64,000 bases of DNA from Malacoraja senta. Its lineage: Eukaryota. A program made the position numbers and the translations under genes. Of the stretch, positions 1 to 12,402 are shown piece after piece. Every line of letters begins with the position of its first letter. Position 1 is the first letter of the stretch. Below the pieces are notes generated by a model that was not told the DNA's origin, ran no database searches, and was given only the letters and a program-made list of their open reading frames with translations. The stretch spans positions 2,978,001 through 3,042,000 of the forward strand of contig CM075993.1 in NCBI GenBank assembly GCA_038087875.1. Reading direction: 5' to 3'.

Positions 1-210
1 CTCTGCCACAGAGGGTAGTTGAGGCCAGTTCATTGGCTATATTTAAGAGGGAGTTAGATGTGGCCCTTGTGGCTAAAGGGATCAGGGGGTATGGAGAGAA
101 GGCAGGTACGGGATACTGAGTTGGATGATCAGCCATGATCATATTGAATGGCGGTGCAGGCTCGAAGGGCCGAATGGCCTACTCCTGCACCTATTTTCTA
201 TGTTTCTATG
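1..210 (+). mobile_element. CR1-clade LINE 3' end (HER1-like), (TTTCTATG)n-tail subfamily
   Basis: ORF2 C-terminal LPQRVVEASSLAIFKRELDVAL; 3'UTR ending CCTATTTTCTATGTTTCTATG. Confidence 0.9.
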
Positions 211-601
211 TAACCTCACTGAAACTTACCGAATAGTGAAAGGCTTGGATAAAGTGGATGCGGAGAGGATGTTTCCACTAGTGGGAGAGTCTAGGACTAG
301 AGGTCACAGCCTCAGAATCAAAGGAAGTTCCTTTAGGAAGGAGATGAGGAGAAATTTCTTTAGTCAGAGGGTGGTGAATCTGCGGAATTCTTTGCCACAG
401 AAGGCTGTGGAGGCCAAGTCAATGGATATATTTAAGGCGGAGATAGACAGATTCTTGATTAGTTACAGGTGTCAGTGGTTATGGGGAGAAGGCAGGAGAA
501 TGGGGTTGGGAGGGAGAGATAGATCAGCCATGATTGAATGGTGGAGTGGTCTTGATGGGCTGAATGGCCTAATTCTGCTCCTATCACTTCTGACCTTATG
601 G
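211..601 (+). mobile_element. CR1-clade LINE 3' fragment, second subfamily
   Basis: ETYRIVKGLDKVDAERMFPLVGESRTRGHSLRIKG..RNFFSQRVVNL, the typical CR1 ORF2 C-terminus; tail GACCTTATG. Confidence 0.9.
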
Positions 602-1460
602 TTTGATTGACCCCGTGTGTTGGGTGTTTGGTCTGGTTATCACGCAAAAACATTTTCACTGAACCTCAGTGCACGTGACAATTTTAAAAAAGGATATCAA
701 AAAAATTGCTAGATTTCCAAGAATATTTAAAATTTGGAGAGAAGGAATGGGTGACGTTTCGGGTCGAGACGTCACCCATTCCTTGTCTCCAGGGGTGCTG
801 CCTGTCCCGCTGAGTGACTCCAGCATTTTGCGTCTGTCTTGAAAAGGTTGGTGTAACTCAGCACCATGTTCAGCATGGCCATTGTGGGCCGAAGGGCCTG
901 TTCCTCTGCTGTACCGTCCCATGTCCTATGTGTCAGTAAAACAAACTGCTCTTTACCGTATTGCGATCGCTACGAGCATCCTGTGGCTGAAAATTGCCTG
1001 CTGTGTTTCCAGAATTAGATCAATCTCCACTTCAGAACTTGCGAGGTGCCTTGGTCAGGCTTGACACCTTGAAAGGATAGATAGAAAGACAAGTTTCGTT
1101 TTTTAATAAGGTGACAAAACATTCCTGTACATCATTTATTCAGCAAGGAACACGGACGTAGAACATACCCGAGATCTTTTTTTCTTTTATACGATGTGGA
1201 CATCAAGAGACAGGACTGTCAAATGCTCAGGCAGATTAACAATCAAATCCTTCCTTGCTGCAAACGTACGGGCGCAGTAAATGCAACAACGCAACATCCA
1301 CTGGGATTCCCAGCATTTATTATCCATTGAACTGCGTGGAACACTGCTCCTCCATCTTACAGCGGTAGAGTTGCTGCCTCACAGCGCCAGAGACCTGGTT
1401 CGATCCTGACTGCGGGTGCTTGCCTGTACGGAGTTCCCGTGACCTGTGTGGGTTTTCACT

Positions 1461-1552
1461 GAAGAGGGTTTCGGCCCGAAACGTTGCCTATTTCCTTCGC
1501 TCCATAGATGCTGCTGCACCCGCTGAGTTTCTCCAGCATTTTTGTGTACCTT
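1461..1552 (+). mobile_element. Penelope-like terminal-repeat fragment with hammerhead motif, inserted in a V-SINE
   Basis: CTGAAGA-GGGT-TTCG-GCCC-GAAACGTT at 1459-1485; direct repeat GGTTTTCACT at 1451-1460 and 1553-1562. Confidence 0.7.
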
Positions 1553-1604
1553 GGTTTTCACTCATCTGGTTAACGTTGGAGGAAATGGGCTAGGTATTAG
1601 ATGG

Positions 1605-1940
1605 GCTGAATGGCTTGCCATACTGTATGGTGAAAGAATGGGTCGACTGGGCTTGTATTCACTGGAATTTAGAAGGATGAGAGGGGATCTTATAGAAACA
1701 TATAAAATTCTCAAAGGATTGGACAGGCTAGATACAGGAAAAATGTTCCCGATGTTGGGGGAGTCCAGAACCAGGGGTCACAGTTTAAAAATAAGGGGTC
1801 GGTCATTTAGGACTGAGATGAAGGACTAAAAGCTCTTCACCCAGAGAGTTGTGAATCGGTGGAATTCCTCTGCCACAGAAGGCAGTGGAGGCCAATTCAC
1901 TGGATGTTTTCAAGAGAGAGTTAGATACAGCTCTTAGGCT
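1605..1940 (+). mobile_element. CR1 LINE ORF2 3' fragment (decayed)
   Basis: LGLYSLEFRRMRGDLIETYKILKGLDRLD..GESRTRGHSLKIRG. Confidence 0.9.
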
Positions 1941-3060
1941 CATGGCTGATCATCCAGAATCAGTACCCCGTTTCCTGCTTTCTTCCCTATCCCTTGATCC
2001 CTTTAGACCCTTCTCCAGAGTTGCTAGAGTAACTCAGCTTCTGGAGAAGGGTCTCGACCCGAAACATCACCCATTCCTTCTCTCCAGAGATGTTGCCTGA
2101 GTTACTCCAGTGTTTGTGTCTATCTTCGATTTAAACCAGCATCTGAAGTTCCTTCCTACACAATAAACACTGTTTCACTTTGTACACTCTCCTGTGTTGC
2201 TAATTGAATCTAAGTTTGGACTGTCTAGTCTAACTTTGAAAGCTGTTTGACAGGCACTTGGTTAGGAAAGGTTTAGAGGGATATGGGCCAAATGCGGGAA
2301 GGTGGGGCTAGTGTAGAGGGGGCACCTTGGCCAACATGGGCAAGTTGGGCTGAAGGGTCCATTTCCACGTTGTATGACTCAAAGTTACTATTGAGCTCAA
2401 TGGTTTGTGGATTCATCATCCAAGGAATTCATCTTCTCTCAGAAACTCCTCGTAAATGATTATGCCGAGTTTTGGTCCATAACCGGGACACATCCATGGC
2501 TTTATTTTCCTCCTACATCTCATATTTTTTAATTATAGTTATATTACTGAATGACCAAAAGGAAATAAATTCCGATGACTGCTTCTCATTGCGTGCGTTA
2601 ATTCACTCACCACCTCAGTGATTAGTAGATTAAATTGCACTTTAAAAGTATTGATTACGTTGTGGCCTCATTTCTGCTGGATAATATAGTGGTCAGGACA
2701 TCAGGTTAAACACCAGAGAAAATTCTAACAGGTGGTAGGCATTAAAGCAGTCTCCATCTGCACCACTCCTCCAGTGTAGGTGTGTGTGTGTGGGGTCCAC
2801 TTTACCCCAATTTAGCATCCTACACACTAGGGCCAGGGCAATTGGCCTACAAACGCGCACGTCTTTGGAATGGGAGGAGAAAACCCACACGGCCACAGGG
2901 AGAACACACAAACTCCACACAGACAGCACCCTTGGTCAGGCTCGAACCCGGGTCTTCTGGCGCTGTGAGGCAACACACATTAATAGATGAGGCGTGCAAT
3001 GGATGCTAGGTCAGTTGTTCATCTTAACACCACGAGAAGATGTTTATTTTAATAAAGGAG

Positions 3061-3272
3061 GTAGCACAGTGGCGCGGAGGTAGATTTGCTGCCTTGCAGC
3101 GCCTGAGATGCAGGTTCGATCCTGACTACGGGTGCTGTCTGTACTGAGTTTGTACGTTCTCCCTGTGAGCTCGTGGGTTTTCTCCGGGCGCTCCGGGTTC
3201 CTCCCACATTCCGAAGACGTACAGGTTTGTAGGTTAATTGGCTTCTGTAAATTGTCCTTAGTGTTTAGGATA
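3061..3272 (+). mobile_element. V-SINE (HE1-like), partial
   Basis: tRNA-like A box TGGCGCGGAGG and B box GGTTCGATCC, then V-domain GAGTTTGTACGTTCTCCC..GGGTTTTCTCCGG. Confidence 0.85.
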
Positions 3273-3552
3273 GATCCAGGCTGAATATCTAAAGTAATAG
3301 AATATTAAGGGATATTGGGAAAAAAAAGTAGTTATGATCACAGGTCATAGATCAAACTAAGTCTTGTTGAGTGCTGGAACCACCTAGAAGGGCCGAAGGG
3401 CCTCCTCCTGTTTCAAGGTCCCCATCAGTGCTTGGCATTGCCTATGCTCCAGTATTCCTTTGGATCAAGCTGAGAAGGAACGCTCAGATGGAAATTTAAT
3501 TCTGTTTTCTCAAAACAAATGTCATCAATGCTATGTTTTTTCGTTTTGGAGG

Positions 3553-3831
3553 TAACAGCGTGGAAACAGGCCCTTCGGCCCACCGATTCCGTGCTGACCA
3601 ACGACCACCCACCCACCCGTACACTCGTTCTATCCCACACACTAGGGACGATTTACAGAAGCCAAACCTGCACGTCTTTGGGATGTGGAGGAAACCAGAG
3701 CACCCAGAGAAAACCCACACGGTCACAGGGAGAACGTACAAACTCCGCACAGACAGCACCTGTAGTCAGGATTGAACCTGGATCTCTGACGCTTTAAGAG
3801 AGCAACTCAAACGCTGCACCACTGTGCTGCC
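3553..3831 (-). mobile_element. V-SINE (HE1-like)
   Basis: Reverse complement of tRNA head, V-domain and GGGCCGAAGGGCCTGTTTCC tail. Confidence 0.85.
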
Positions 3832-4446
3832 CACAATAGATATATGGATAGGAAGGTATCTGGATTGAAGGCGCAGAATGGTATTAGCCAAACTCATCAA
3901 AATATGACTAGCCCAGTAGGCCAAAGAGTTAGAAACATAGAAAATAGTTGCAGGAGGAGGCCATTTGGCCCTTTGAGCCAGCACCGCCATTCATTGTGAT
4001 CATGGCTGATCGTCCCCTATCAATAACCCATGCCTGCCTTCTCCCCATATCCCTTGATTCCACTAGCCCCTAGAGCTCTATCTAACTCTCTCTTAAATCC
4101 ATCCAGTGACTTGGCCTCCAGTTGCAAGGATATTGTGTTCTGAAGGGCCTGTTTCAGCTTTATATACTATAACACCATGACTTAAACATCCACATCTATA
4201 ACATCCATCAACTAATATTTTTGTATATCCTTCCACCATAGGAGGACATTTGGCCCATTGAGTCTATGCAAGCTCTTAGGGTAATCCACCTGTCCCATTC
4301 CTCTAGCTTCCCTCTCCCCTGACTCTCAGTCTGAAGAAGTCTCTCGACCCGAAACATCACCCATTCCTTCTCTCCAGAGATGCTGCCTGTCCCGCTGAGT
4401 TACTCCAGCATTGTGTGTGTCTATCTCCGGTTTAAACCAGCGTCTC

Positions 4447-4770
4447 CCGATGTTGGGGAAGTCCAGAACAAGGGGTCACAGTTTGAGGATAAGGGGGAAG
4501 TCTTTTAGGACCGAGATTAATTTTATTAAAAAAAACAGATAGTGGTGAATCTGTGGAATTCTCTGCCACAGAGGGTGGTTGAGGCCAGTTCATTGGCTAT
4601 ATTTAAGAGGGAGTTAGATGTGGCCCTTGTGGCTAAAGGGGATCAGGGGGTAGGGAGAGAAGGCAGGTACGGGATACTGAGTTGGATGATCAGCCATGAT
4701 CATATTGAATGGCGGTGCAGGCTCGAAGGGCCGAATGGCCTACTCCTGCACCTATTTTCTATGTTTCTAT
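4447..4770 (+). mobile_element. CR1 LINE 3' end
   Basis: VVNLWNSLPQRVVEASSLAIFKRELD; (TTTCTATG)n tail. Confidence 0.9.
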
Positions 4771-4920
4771 GTTTACTGCTCCCGACATGTATTCCATGAA
4801 GCTCGACGTTGTGTTCTCCGGGTGCCTGCACTGAGATTGCAAGTTCTCACCCTGCCATTTGTCGCATGGCAACACAGAAACCATGCAAATCAGTTTGTGC
4901 AAGGGATCTGCATAACAATG

Positions 4921-5185
4921 TGTTAAAGAAGGAACTGCAGATGCTGGAAAATCGAAGGTGCACAAAAATGCTGGAGAAACTCAGCGGGTGCAGCAGCATC
5001 TATGGAGCGAAGGAAATAGGCAACGTTTCGGCCCGAAACCCTTCCGGGTTTCGCCCCGAAACCCTTCCGGGTTCGCCCCGAAACGTTGCCTATTTCCTTC
5101 AGGGTTTCGGCCGAAACGTTGCCTATTTCCTTCGCTCCATAGATGCTGCTGCACCCGCTGAGTTTCTCCAGCATTTTTGTGTACC
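4921..5185. mobile_element. Palindromic Penelope-like terminal-repeat insertion
   Basis: Two inverted copies of the pLTR-like unit; exact 15-bp direct repeat ATCTGCATAACAATG at 4906-4920 and 5186-5200. Confidence 0.75.
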
Positions 5186-5477
5186 ATCTGCATAACAATG
5201 CTCTGTGTCAATGCCAGTGAATGCAGGACATCATCATGTTATCAGCAGGTGTTAGATTAAGCACAGGAAATAAAAAAGATTGCACTTTCCCCATTCCCAA
5301 TTCTTTTTGTCCACCTTGTAACATGTTTATTGACACCAAAAGCTGGAGTAACTCAGCGGGACAGGCAGCATCTCTGGAGAGAAGGAGTGGGTGACGTTTC
5401 GGGTCGAGACCCTTCTTCAGACTTTTAACATGTTTATCTACACAATAGACAATAGACAATAGACAATAGACAATAGT

Positions 5478-5505
5478 CTGAAGAAGGGTTTCGGCCCGAA
5501 ACGTT
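5478..5505 (+). ncRNA. Minimal hammerhead ribozyme motif (TTCG-loop subfamily)
   Basis: CTGAAGA A GGGT-TTCG-GCCC GAAA CGTT; an opposite-strand copy of the CTCG-loop subfamily lies at 5393-5420. Confidence 0.6.
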
Positions 5506-5570
5506 GCCTATTTCCTTCGCTCCATAGATGCTGCTGCACCCGCTGAGTTTCTCCAGCATTTTTGTGTACC

Positions 5571-6200
5571 ATAGACAATAGACAATAGGTGCAGGAGTAG
5601 GCCATTCGGCCCTTCGAGCCAGCACCGCCATTCAATGTGATCATGGCTGAATCATCCACAATCAGTACCCCGTTCCTGCCTTCTCCCCATATCCCCTGAC
5701 TCCGCTATCTTTAAGAGCCCTATCTAGCTCTCTCTTGAAAGCATCCAGAGAACCGGCCTCCACCGCCCTCTGAGGCAGAGAATTCCACAGACTCACCACT
5801 CTCTGTGAGTAAAAGTGTTTCCTCGTCTCCGTTCAAAATGGCTTACTCCTTATTCTTAAACTGTGGCCCCTGGTTCTGGACTCCCCCAACATCGGGAACA
5901 TGTTTTCTGCCTCTAGCGTGTCCAAACCCTTAACAATCTTATATGTTTCAATGAGATTCACTCTCATCCTTCTAAACTCCAGAGTGTACAAGCCCAGTCG
6001 CTCCATTCTCTCAGCATATGACAGTCCCGCCATCCCGGGAATTAACCTTGTAAACCTACGCTGCACTCCCTCAATAGCAAGAATGTCCTTCCTCAAATTA
6101 GGGGACCAAAACTGCACACAATACTCCAGGTGTGGTCTCACTAGGGCTCTGTACAACTGCAGAAGGACCTCTTTGCTCCTATATTCGATTCCTCTTGTTA
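5571..6200 (-). mobile_element. CR1 LINE RT C-terminal fragment, (CTATTGT)n-tail subfamily
   Basis: LYRALVRPHLEYCVQFWSPNLRKDILAIEGVQRRFTRLIPG (ORF 5833-6156). Confidence 0.95.
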
Positions 6201-6856
6201 TAATTGCTCGTTACACATTGCTTATATTATCTAATCAGATACTTAAGAACGCAGAAAATAGAACAGAAGGGTCCCGGCCCGAAATGTCACCTCTACAGAG
6301 ATGCTGCCTGTCCCGCTGAGTTACTCCAGCTTTTGTGTTTATCTTCAGTGTAACCGACATCTGCAGTCCCTTCCCACACAGATCACTATCTTCAACCTAT
6401 ACGTTATTGGGTTATCCCTAGGCTATTAAAGATAGCCACGAGAGCTGGAGTAACTCAACAGGTCAGGCATCTGGAGATGCTGCCTGACCTGCTGAGGTTA
6501 CATGCATATAACAAATGCCTTTCTACCATTTTCTTCTCATCTTCATCTTCATAAGTTCTAGGAGCAGAATAAGGCCATTCGGCCCATCAAGTCTACTCCG
6601 CCATTCAATCATGGCTGATCTATCTCTCCCTCCCATCCCCATTCTCCCCATACCCCCCTGACGCCCGTACTAATCAGAAATCTGTTAATCTTGTGATTAA
6701 TCGCATCTTTCCCTGTTTTTTTTGAATGGTTGATCAAATGCCTCCATCTGGACACAGTATAATCTGTGTTCTTTTATCTTCATTTCAGGCGCACTGAGGA
6801 CATCGAGGAAAAGCTCGGCAGCAAATGTCAACAGTTTCAGTTTCAGCCCTCAGCTG

Positions 6857-7167
6857 GCCGACACGGTGGCGCAGCGGTAGAGTTGCTGCCTCACAGCGCT
6901 TGCAGACCCGGGTTCCATCCTGACCGCGGGCGCTGTCTGTACGGAGTTTGCACGTTCTCCCCGTGGGTTTCCTCCGAGATCTTCGGCTTTCCTCCACACT
7001 CCAAAGACGCACAGGTTTGTCGGTTAATTGGCTTGGCGTATGGGTAAACAAAATGTCCCTTGTGTGTGTGTGTGTGTGTGTGGAGGATAGTGTTAGCGTG
7101 CGGGGATCGCTGGTCGGCGCGGACGGTGGCCGGTCTGTATGTCTAAACTAAACTAAGCTAAGCTAAA
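6857..7167 (+). mobile_element. V-SINE (HE1-like), near full length
   Basis: A box TGGCGCAGCGG, B-box-like GGTTCCATCC, V-domain, (CTAAA)n tail. Confidence 0.9.
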
Positions 7168-7255
7168 AGATTGGTGATACAATCCCTTGTACCTTTGTGG
7201 AGCTGTCCATGGAGCTGGTGCTGAACACTGGTGCTGTCAGCAACTTCAAAACTTA

Positions 7256-7749
7256 AAGGCCTGTCTCACGAGTCTGCGGTCATTGGTGGCGAAACGGGAA
7301 GAATCTACCGCTCCTGGGCCGCCATAGACCGCGCACTCGGTCAAACGCACAATTCCGGGGCCGTGCGGCGTTGTTCCCAACACCGCACGGTGCTAAAATA
7401 AAACCAACACTGTTCAAAAATATGTCCCTACCGCGTCGAACTTGCACCGGCACAGCCTGCGCCAGTGAGGCACGTGTGCGGCACGGCCGCCGCTACAGCC
7501 CCGCGATCCAGGACGGCCGCCGCCACAGCCGCCGCAGATCCATAATGACGTCATCGCAGTCGGCCCGCCCTTTTTTTCACTGACCGCAAGCACGTGGGAT
7601 CAGCCGTATTTAAATCACTCGGCCCCGCGCAGCGTCCGTGCGGCGCTCCCGTGGCATAGGCTCGGCGCTCTCGCCGTTGCCATGCGGTCCACTCTACAGG
7701 CGAAGCCGCGCTTCACCGCCGATGACCGCAACACCGTAAGACAGAGCTT
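7256..7749. mobile_element. CpG-rich non-autonomous DNA transposon, PIF/Harbinger-like
   Basis: Imperfect TIR AAGGCCTGTCTCACG / CGTAAGACAGAGCTT with TTA on both flanks. Confidence 0.6.
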
Positions 7750-8279
7750 TTAGTATTTGATCAAACATCATGGAAACAAGGCCCTTCTGCCCAACCTGTC
7801 CGTGCCAACCAAGATGCCCATCCATGCCAGTCCCATTTGGCCATGTTCAACCTATATTCATCTCTAACCTTGAAGGACACAAAGGGCTGGAGTAACTCAG
7901 CGGGTCAGGCAGCATCTCTGGAAAACATGGACAGTTGATGTTTCAAATTGGGACCTTCTTCAGAATCAGAGTCCACATGCCAAAGATGGCAGTGGAGGCC
8001 GAGACATTTGGGTATTTTTAAGGCGGAGATTGATAGTTTCTCGATTAGGAAGGGCGTCATTTCCTCAACGATCTTCAACCACATCAGAAACAAACAAATA
8101 CTCTTGCCGCTGTCGTGTTGCTGTCCTTGGGAGAAAATGATCTGCTGCATTTTCTAGAGTCATGACACAAATGGCCGTCACATTAATATATGTGTTAAAG
8201 AAGGAACTGCAGATGCTGGAAAATCGAAGGTAGACAAAAATGCCGGAGAAACTCAGCGGTGCAGCAGCATCTATGGAGC

Positions 8280-8610
8280 GAAGGAAATAGGCAATGTTTC
8301 GGGACGAAACCCGGAAGGAAATAGGCAACGTTTCGGGACGAAACCCGGAAGGAAATAGGCAACGTTTCGGGACGAAACCCGGAAGGAAATAGGCAACGTT
8401 TCGGGACGAAACCCGGAAGGAAATAGGCAACGTTTCGGGACGAAACCCGGAAGGAAATAGGCAACGTTTCGGGCCGAAACCCGGATGGAAATAGGCAACG
8501 TTTCGGACGAAACCCGGAAGGAAATAGGCAATGTTTCGGGCCGATACCCGGAAGGAAATAGGCAACGTTTCGGGACGAAACCCGGAAGGGTTTCGGCCGA
8601 AACGTTGCCT
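8280..8610. repeat. Tandem array of ~34-bp units derived from the Penelope-like hammerhead region
   Basis: About nine copies of GAAGGAAATAGGCAACGTTTCGGGACGAAACCCG inside an inverted pLTR pair (~8195-8697). Confidence 0.85.
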
Positions 8611-9183
8611 ATTTCCTTCGCTCCATAGATGCTGCTGCACCCGCTGAGTTACTCCAGCACTTTGCGTCTACCTTCGACTTAAACCAGCATCTGCAGAAAC
8701 GCCACCTATTCCTTCTCTCCAGAGATTGCTGCCCGTCCCGCTGAGTTACTCCAGCTTTTTGTGTTTCTCTTCTCTTTATGACCACGACTATCCACAAATG
8801 CCCAGGACCTCATCCCAACCATGACCAAAGTAATTTGCAACCGAAGAATGCCGCAGTTGAGAGTGGCAATGAACCTCTCCTGCCTTGTGAGCTAGTTTAG
8901 TCCCAAAGTTGCACATGTACTGTACAAGAGTTACATTTGTGTAAATCCAATTCTGTCACCCCTTAGTAAGAGCTAGTTTTTTTTTTTTTTTTTGAAAATA
9001 TTTTTTATTGGAGATAAGTACACAACCTATTAACATCATTACCAGTCTTACATTTTTGAATTGATAATATTGTCAATTATTATTACATTGTCTCCAATCC
9101 TTTTGCCTTTTTTGTTTTTTTTAAACTAGATAGAACTAAAAAGATAGATGAAGTAAAGAAAGAAAAGAGAGAGAAGAGAAAGA

Positions 9184-9215
<32 letters not shown>

Positions 9216-9400
9216 GATAGTTAAAGAAGAATGAAAATTTATTAAAATAAAAAACTTCATTCAAGATATATTCGTACATTTCAGAGTATAACATTTCATC
9301 CATTCTTTAGCCCAGTTTTTCAGTGAACAAACACCAACATCTCTGCTGAGATCAACAGGGATCGCTATGCTGTGATTCAACTTTCTTCCCAATAACTCCG

Positions 9401-9708
9401 TTAGTTTAGAGAAACAGCGCGGAAACAGGCCCTTCGGCCCACCGAGTCCGCACACGACCAGCGATCCCGCGCACTAACACTAATCTACACACACTGGGGA
9501 CAATTTACATTTTATACCAGGCCAACCTGCCCTCAACCTGCACGCCTTTGTAGTGTGGGTGAAACCCCCTGCACGCCTTTGTAGTGTGGGAGGAAACCGG
9601 TGATCCCAGAGTAAACCCACGCGGTCCAAACGACAGCAACCGTGGTCGGGGTCGAACCCGGGTCTCAGGCGCTGTAAAGGCAGCAACTCTACCGCTGTGC
9701 CACCGTGC
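9401..9708 (-). mobile_element. V-SINE (HE1-like)
   Basis: Reverse-strand tRNA head and CR1-like tail. Confidence 0.85.
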
Positions 9709-9748
9709 TAATGTAAATCAGAAATGATTCGGAAGACAATGAAACAAT

Positions 9749-9752
9749 CTCT

Positions 9753-9798
<46 letters not shown>

Positions 9799-9968
9799 CC
9801 TCTCTCTCACTCTCTCTATCTATCTATCTTCTACTCTCTCTCTCTCTCTCTCTCTCCTCTCTCCCTCTCCCTCTCTCTCTCTCTCTCTTCTTTCTTTCTT
9901 TCTTTCTCTCTCTCTCTTCTCCCTCCCTCCCTCTCTCTCTTCCTCTCTCTATATATATCTCTCTCTCA

Positions 9969-10019
<51 letters not shown>

Positions 10020-10105
10020 CCCTCCCCCTCTCTCTCTCTCTATCTATATCTCTCCCTCTCTCTCTCTCTATCTCTCTCTCTCCCCCTCTCTCTCTCTCTC
10101 TCCCT

Positions 10106-10155
<50 letters not shown>

Positions 10156-10176
10156 ATCCCTCTCTCTCTCTATCTG

Positions 10177-10223
<47 letters not shown>

Positions 10224-10251
10224 CCCTCTCTCTCTCTCACCCACTATCTCA

Positions 10252-10303
<52 letters not shown>

Positions 10304-10503
10304 CCCCCCCTCTCTCTCACTCTATCTCTCTCCCTCCCTCCCTCTCTCTCTCTCTCTCCCTCTCTATCTCTCTCTCTCTATCTCTCTCCCTCACCTCCTC
10401 TCTCTCTCTCCCTCTCTCTCTCTCTCCCTCTCTCTCCCTCTCTCCCTCCCTCCCTCTCCCCCCCTCTCTCTCTCTCCACTCTATCTAACTCACTCTATCT
10501 ATC

Positions 10504-10547
<44 letters not shown>

Positions 10548-10570
10548 CCCCTCTCTCTCTCTCTCTCTCT
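9749..10570. repeat. Compound (CT)n/(CTAT)n microsatellite
   Basis: Visible directly in the sequence. Confidence 0.97.
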
Positions 10571-11559
10571 ACACTGGCTCTATAATTAAGCAAATTATGA
10601 ATAAGGACCATGTCCCAAATCATTGGGCATTGGGCACTGGGAAAGTGGCAGGGGCATGTTGTATTATAGTGGCGGACCTCTTGAGATATATACAACCACA
10701 ATTAAACCACAGATTGAACGACCAAACCCTTTACTCTTCCTCCCAATGCTTGTAGCCTGTGATTCCAATCCTCGACGATTCTCTGTGAGAATCATCGAGC
10801 CCATAGACTTGCCCGGGCAATGTCGAGAATAACTCCAGAAGGGGGCAGAGCAATGAAGAATACGACAACAACAACAAGGTAGCCCGACAAACTAGCTCAG
10901 ATAATGTCAACCATAAAGGGCCGTCATTTCCAGACAAGATTGGATTATCAAGGCAAAATGGCTGTAAGCTATTATTTTTAATGTTTGCGAGACCTTTAAA
11001 ATATTCTTTCATCAGCGCCTCGCACATTACAGAGAGAATTGAAACATAAAATCCGGAACTTGATATCAATATAAAGTGGATCCATAATATAGGAAATGTG
11101 GTATTACACTATAGTATTTACCTCAATAAATAATACAGCCTCATTTTACCAGGAAATTGATTTAAGTGTGGGCTATATACAAAATATGAGAATGCATATC
11201 GTCCTTGCCAGGGCTGGCAGCTGGAATTTTAGTTCAAATGACGGTGCAATTTCTGCTGAGTAAATGTGGTATCCGCTGCTAACCACACCATTAAAGAAAT
11301 ACTCCTCTTCCCGTCAAATTGATCCACTCCCCCCCCCCCCCCGTATCTCTGCTTTCATTTAACACCGAGAACTTCGCCAGAGTCACCATGACATGGCAGC
11401 TACTCCCCTATTTATACAGCCCTGCACAGATGAGCTCATCGAGGTTGAAGGTTGGCTGGCGAAGTCCAACTCCCTCACAGATCGATGTGAGAAGTTTGAC
11501 GCTGGTGTTTCTCTCCATCTCCCCTCTGGTCCCCCTCTGCTCCCTGCCCTTCTTCTTTC

Positions 11560-11937
11560 TCTCTTCCTCTCTCCTTCACTTTCCTCTCTCTCCTCCCTCG
11601 CCCTCTTTCCACTTTCCCTCTCCCCACTCTTTCTCTACCACCTTCCCCCTCTCTTTCATTTTCCTCTCCCTACCATCCATTTCCCTCTCCCTCTCTCCCT
11701 CCCTTTCCCTCTCCCATTTTTCTCTCCCCTCTTCCACTTTCTCTTTCTTCCCTTTCCCTCTTTCCCTCTCCCCCCAATTTTCCCTCTCCCTCTCTTCCCA
11801 CTCTCTCTCCCCTCTTTCTGTCTCTCTCCCTCTCTCCCCCCTCTCTCCCTCTTTCTGTCTGTCTCTCTCTATCTATCCCTCTCTTTCTTTCTCTCTCTCT
11901 CCCTCCCTCCCTCTCTCTCTATCTCTCTATCTCTCTA

Positions 11938-11974
<37 letters not shown>

Positions 11975-11976
11975 CT

Positions 11977-12061
<85 letters not shown>

Positions 12062-12188
12062 ATCTCTCTCACCCTCTTCTCTCTCTCTCTCTATCTCCCT
12101 CTCTCTCTCTCTCACTCTCTCTCTTCTCTCTCTTCTCTTTCTCTCTCTCTCTCTCGCTCTCCTCTCTCTTCTCTCTATCTCCTCTCTC

Positions 12189-12221
<33 letters not shown>

Positions 12222-12346
12222 ATATCTCGCTCTCCTCTCTCTTCTCTCTATCTCTCTCTCTCTATATATATATATCTCACTCTCTCTCTCTCTCTTCTAT
12301 CTATCTATCTATTTCTCTCTCTCTCACCCTCTCTTCTCTCTCTCTA

Positions 12347-12400
<54 letters not shown>
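11560..12400. repeat. Pyrimidine-rich / (CT)n microsatellite (duplicate at ~14560-15436)
   Basis: Visible directly in the sequence. Confidence 0.95.
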
Positions 12401-12402
<2 letters not shown>

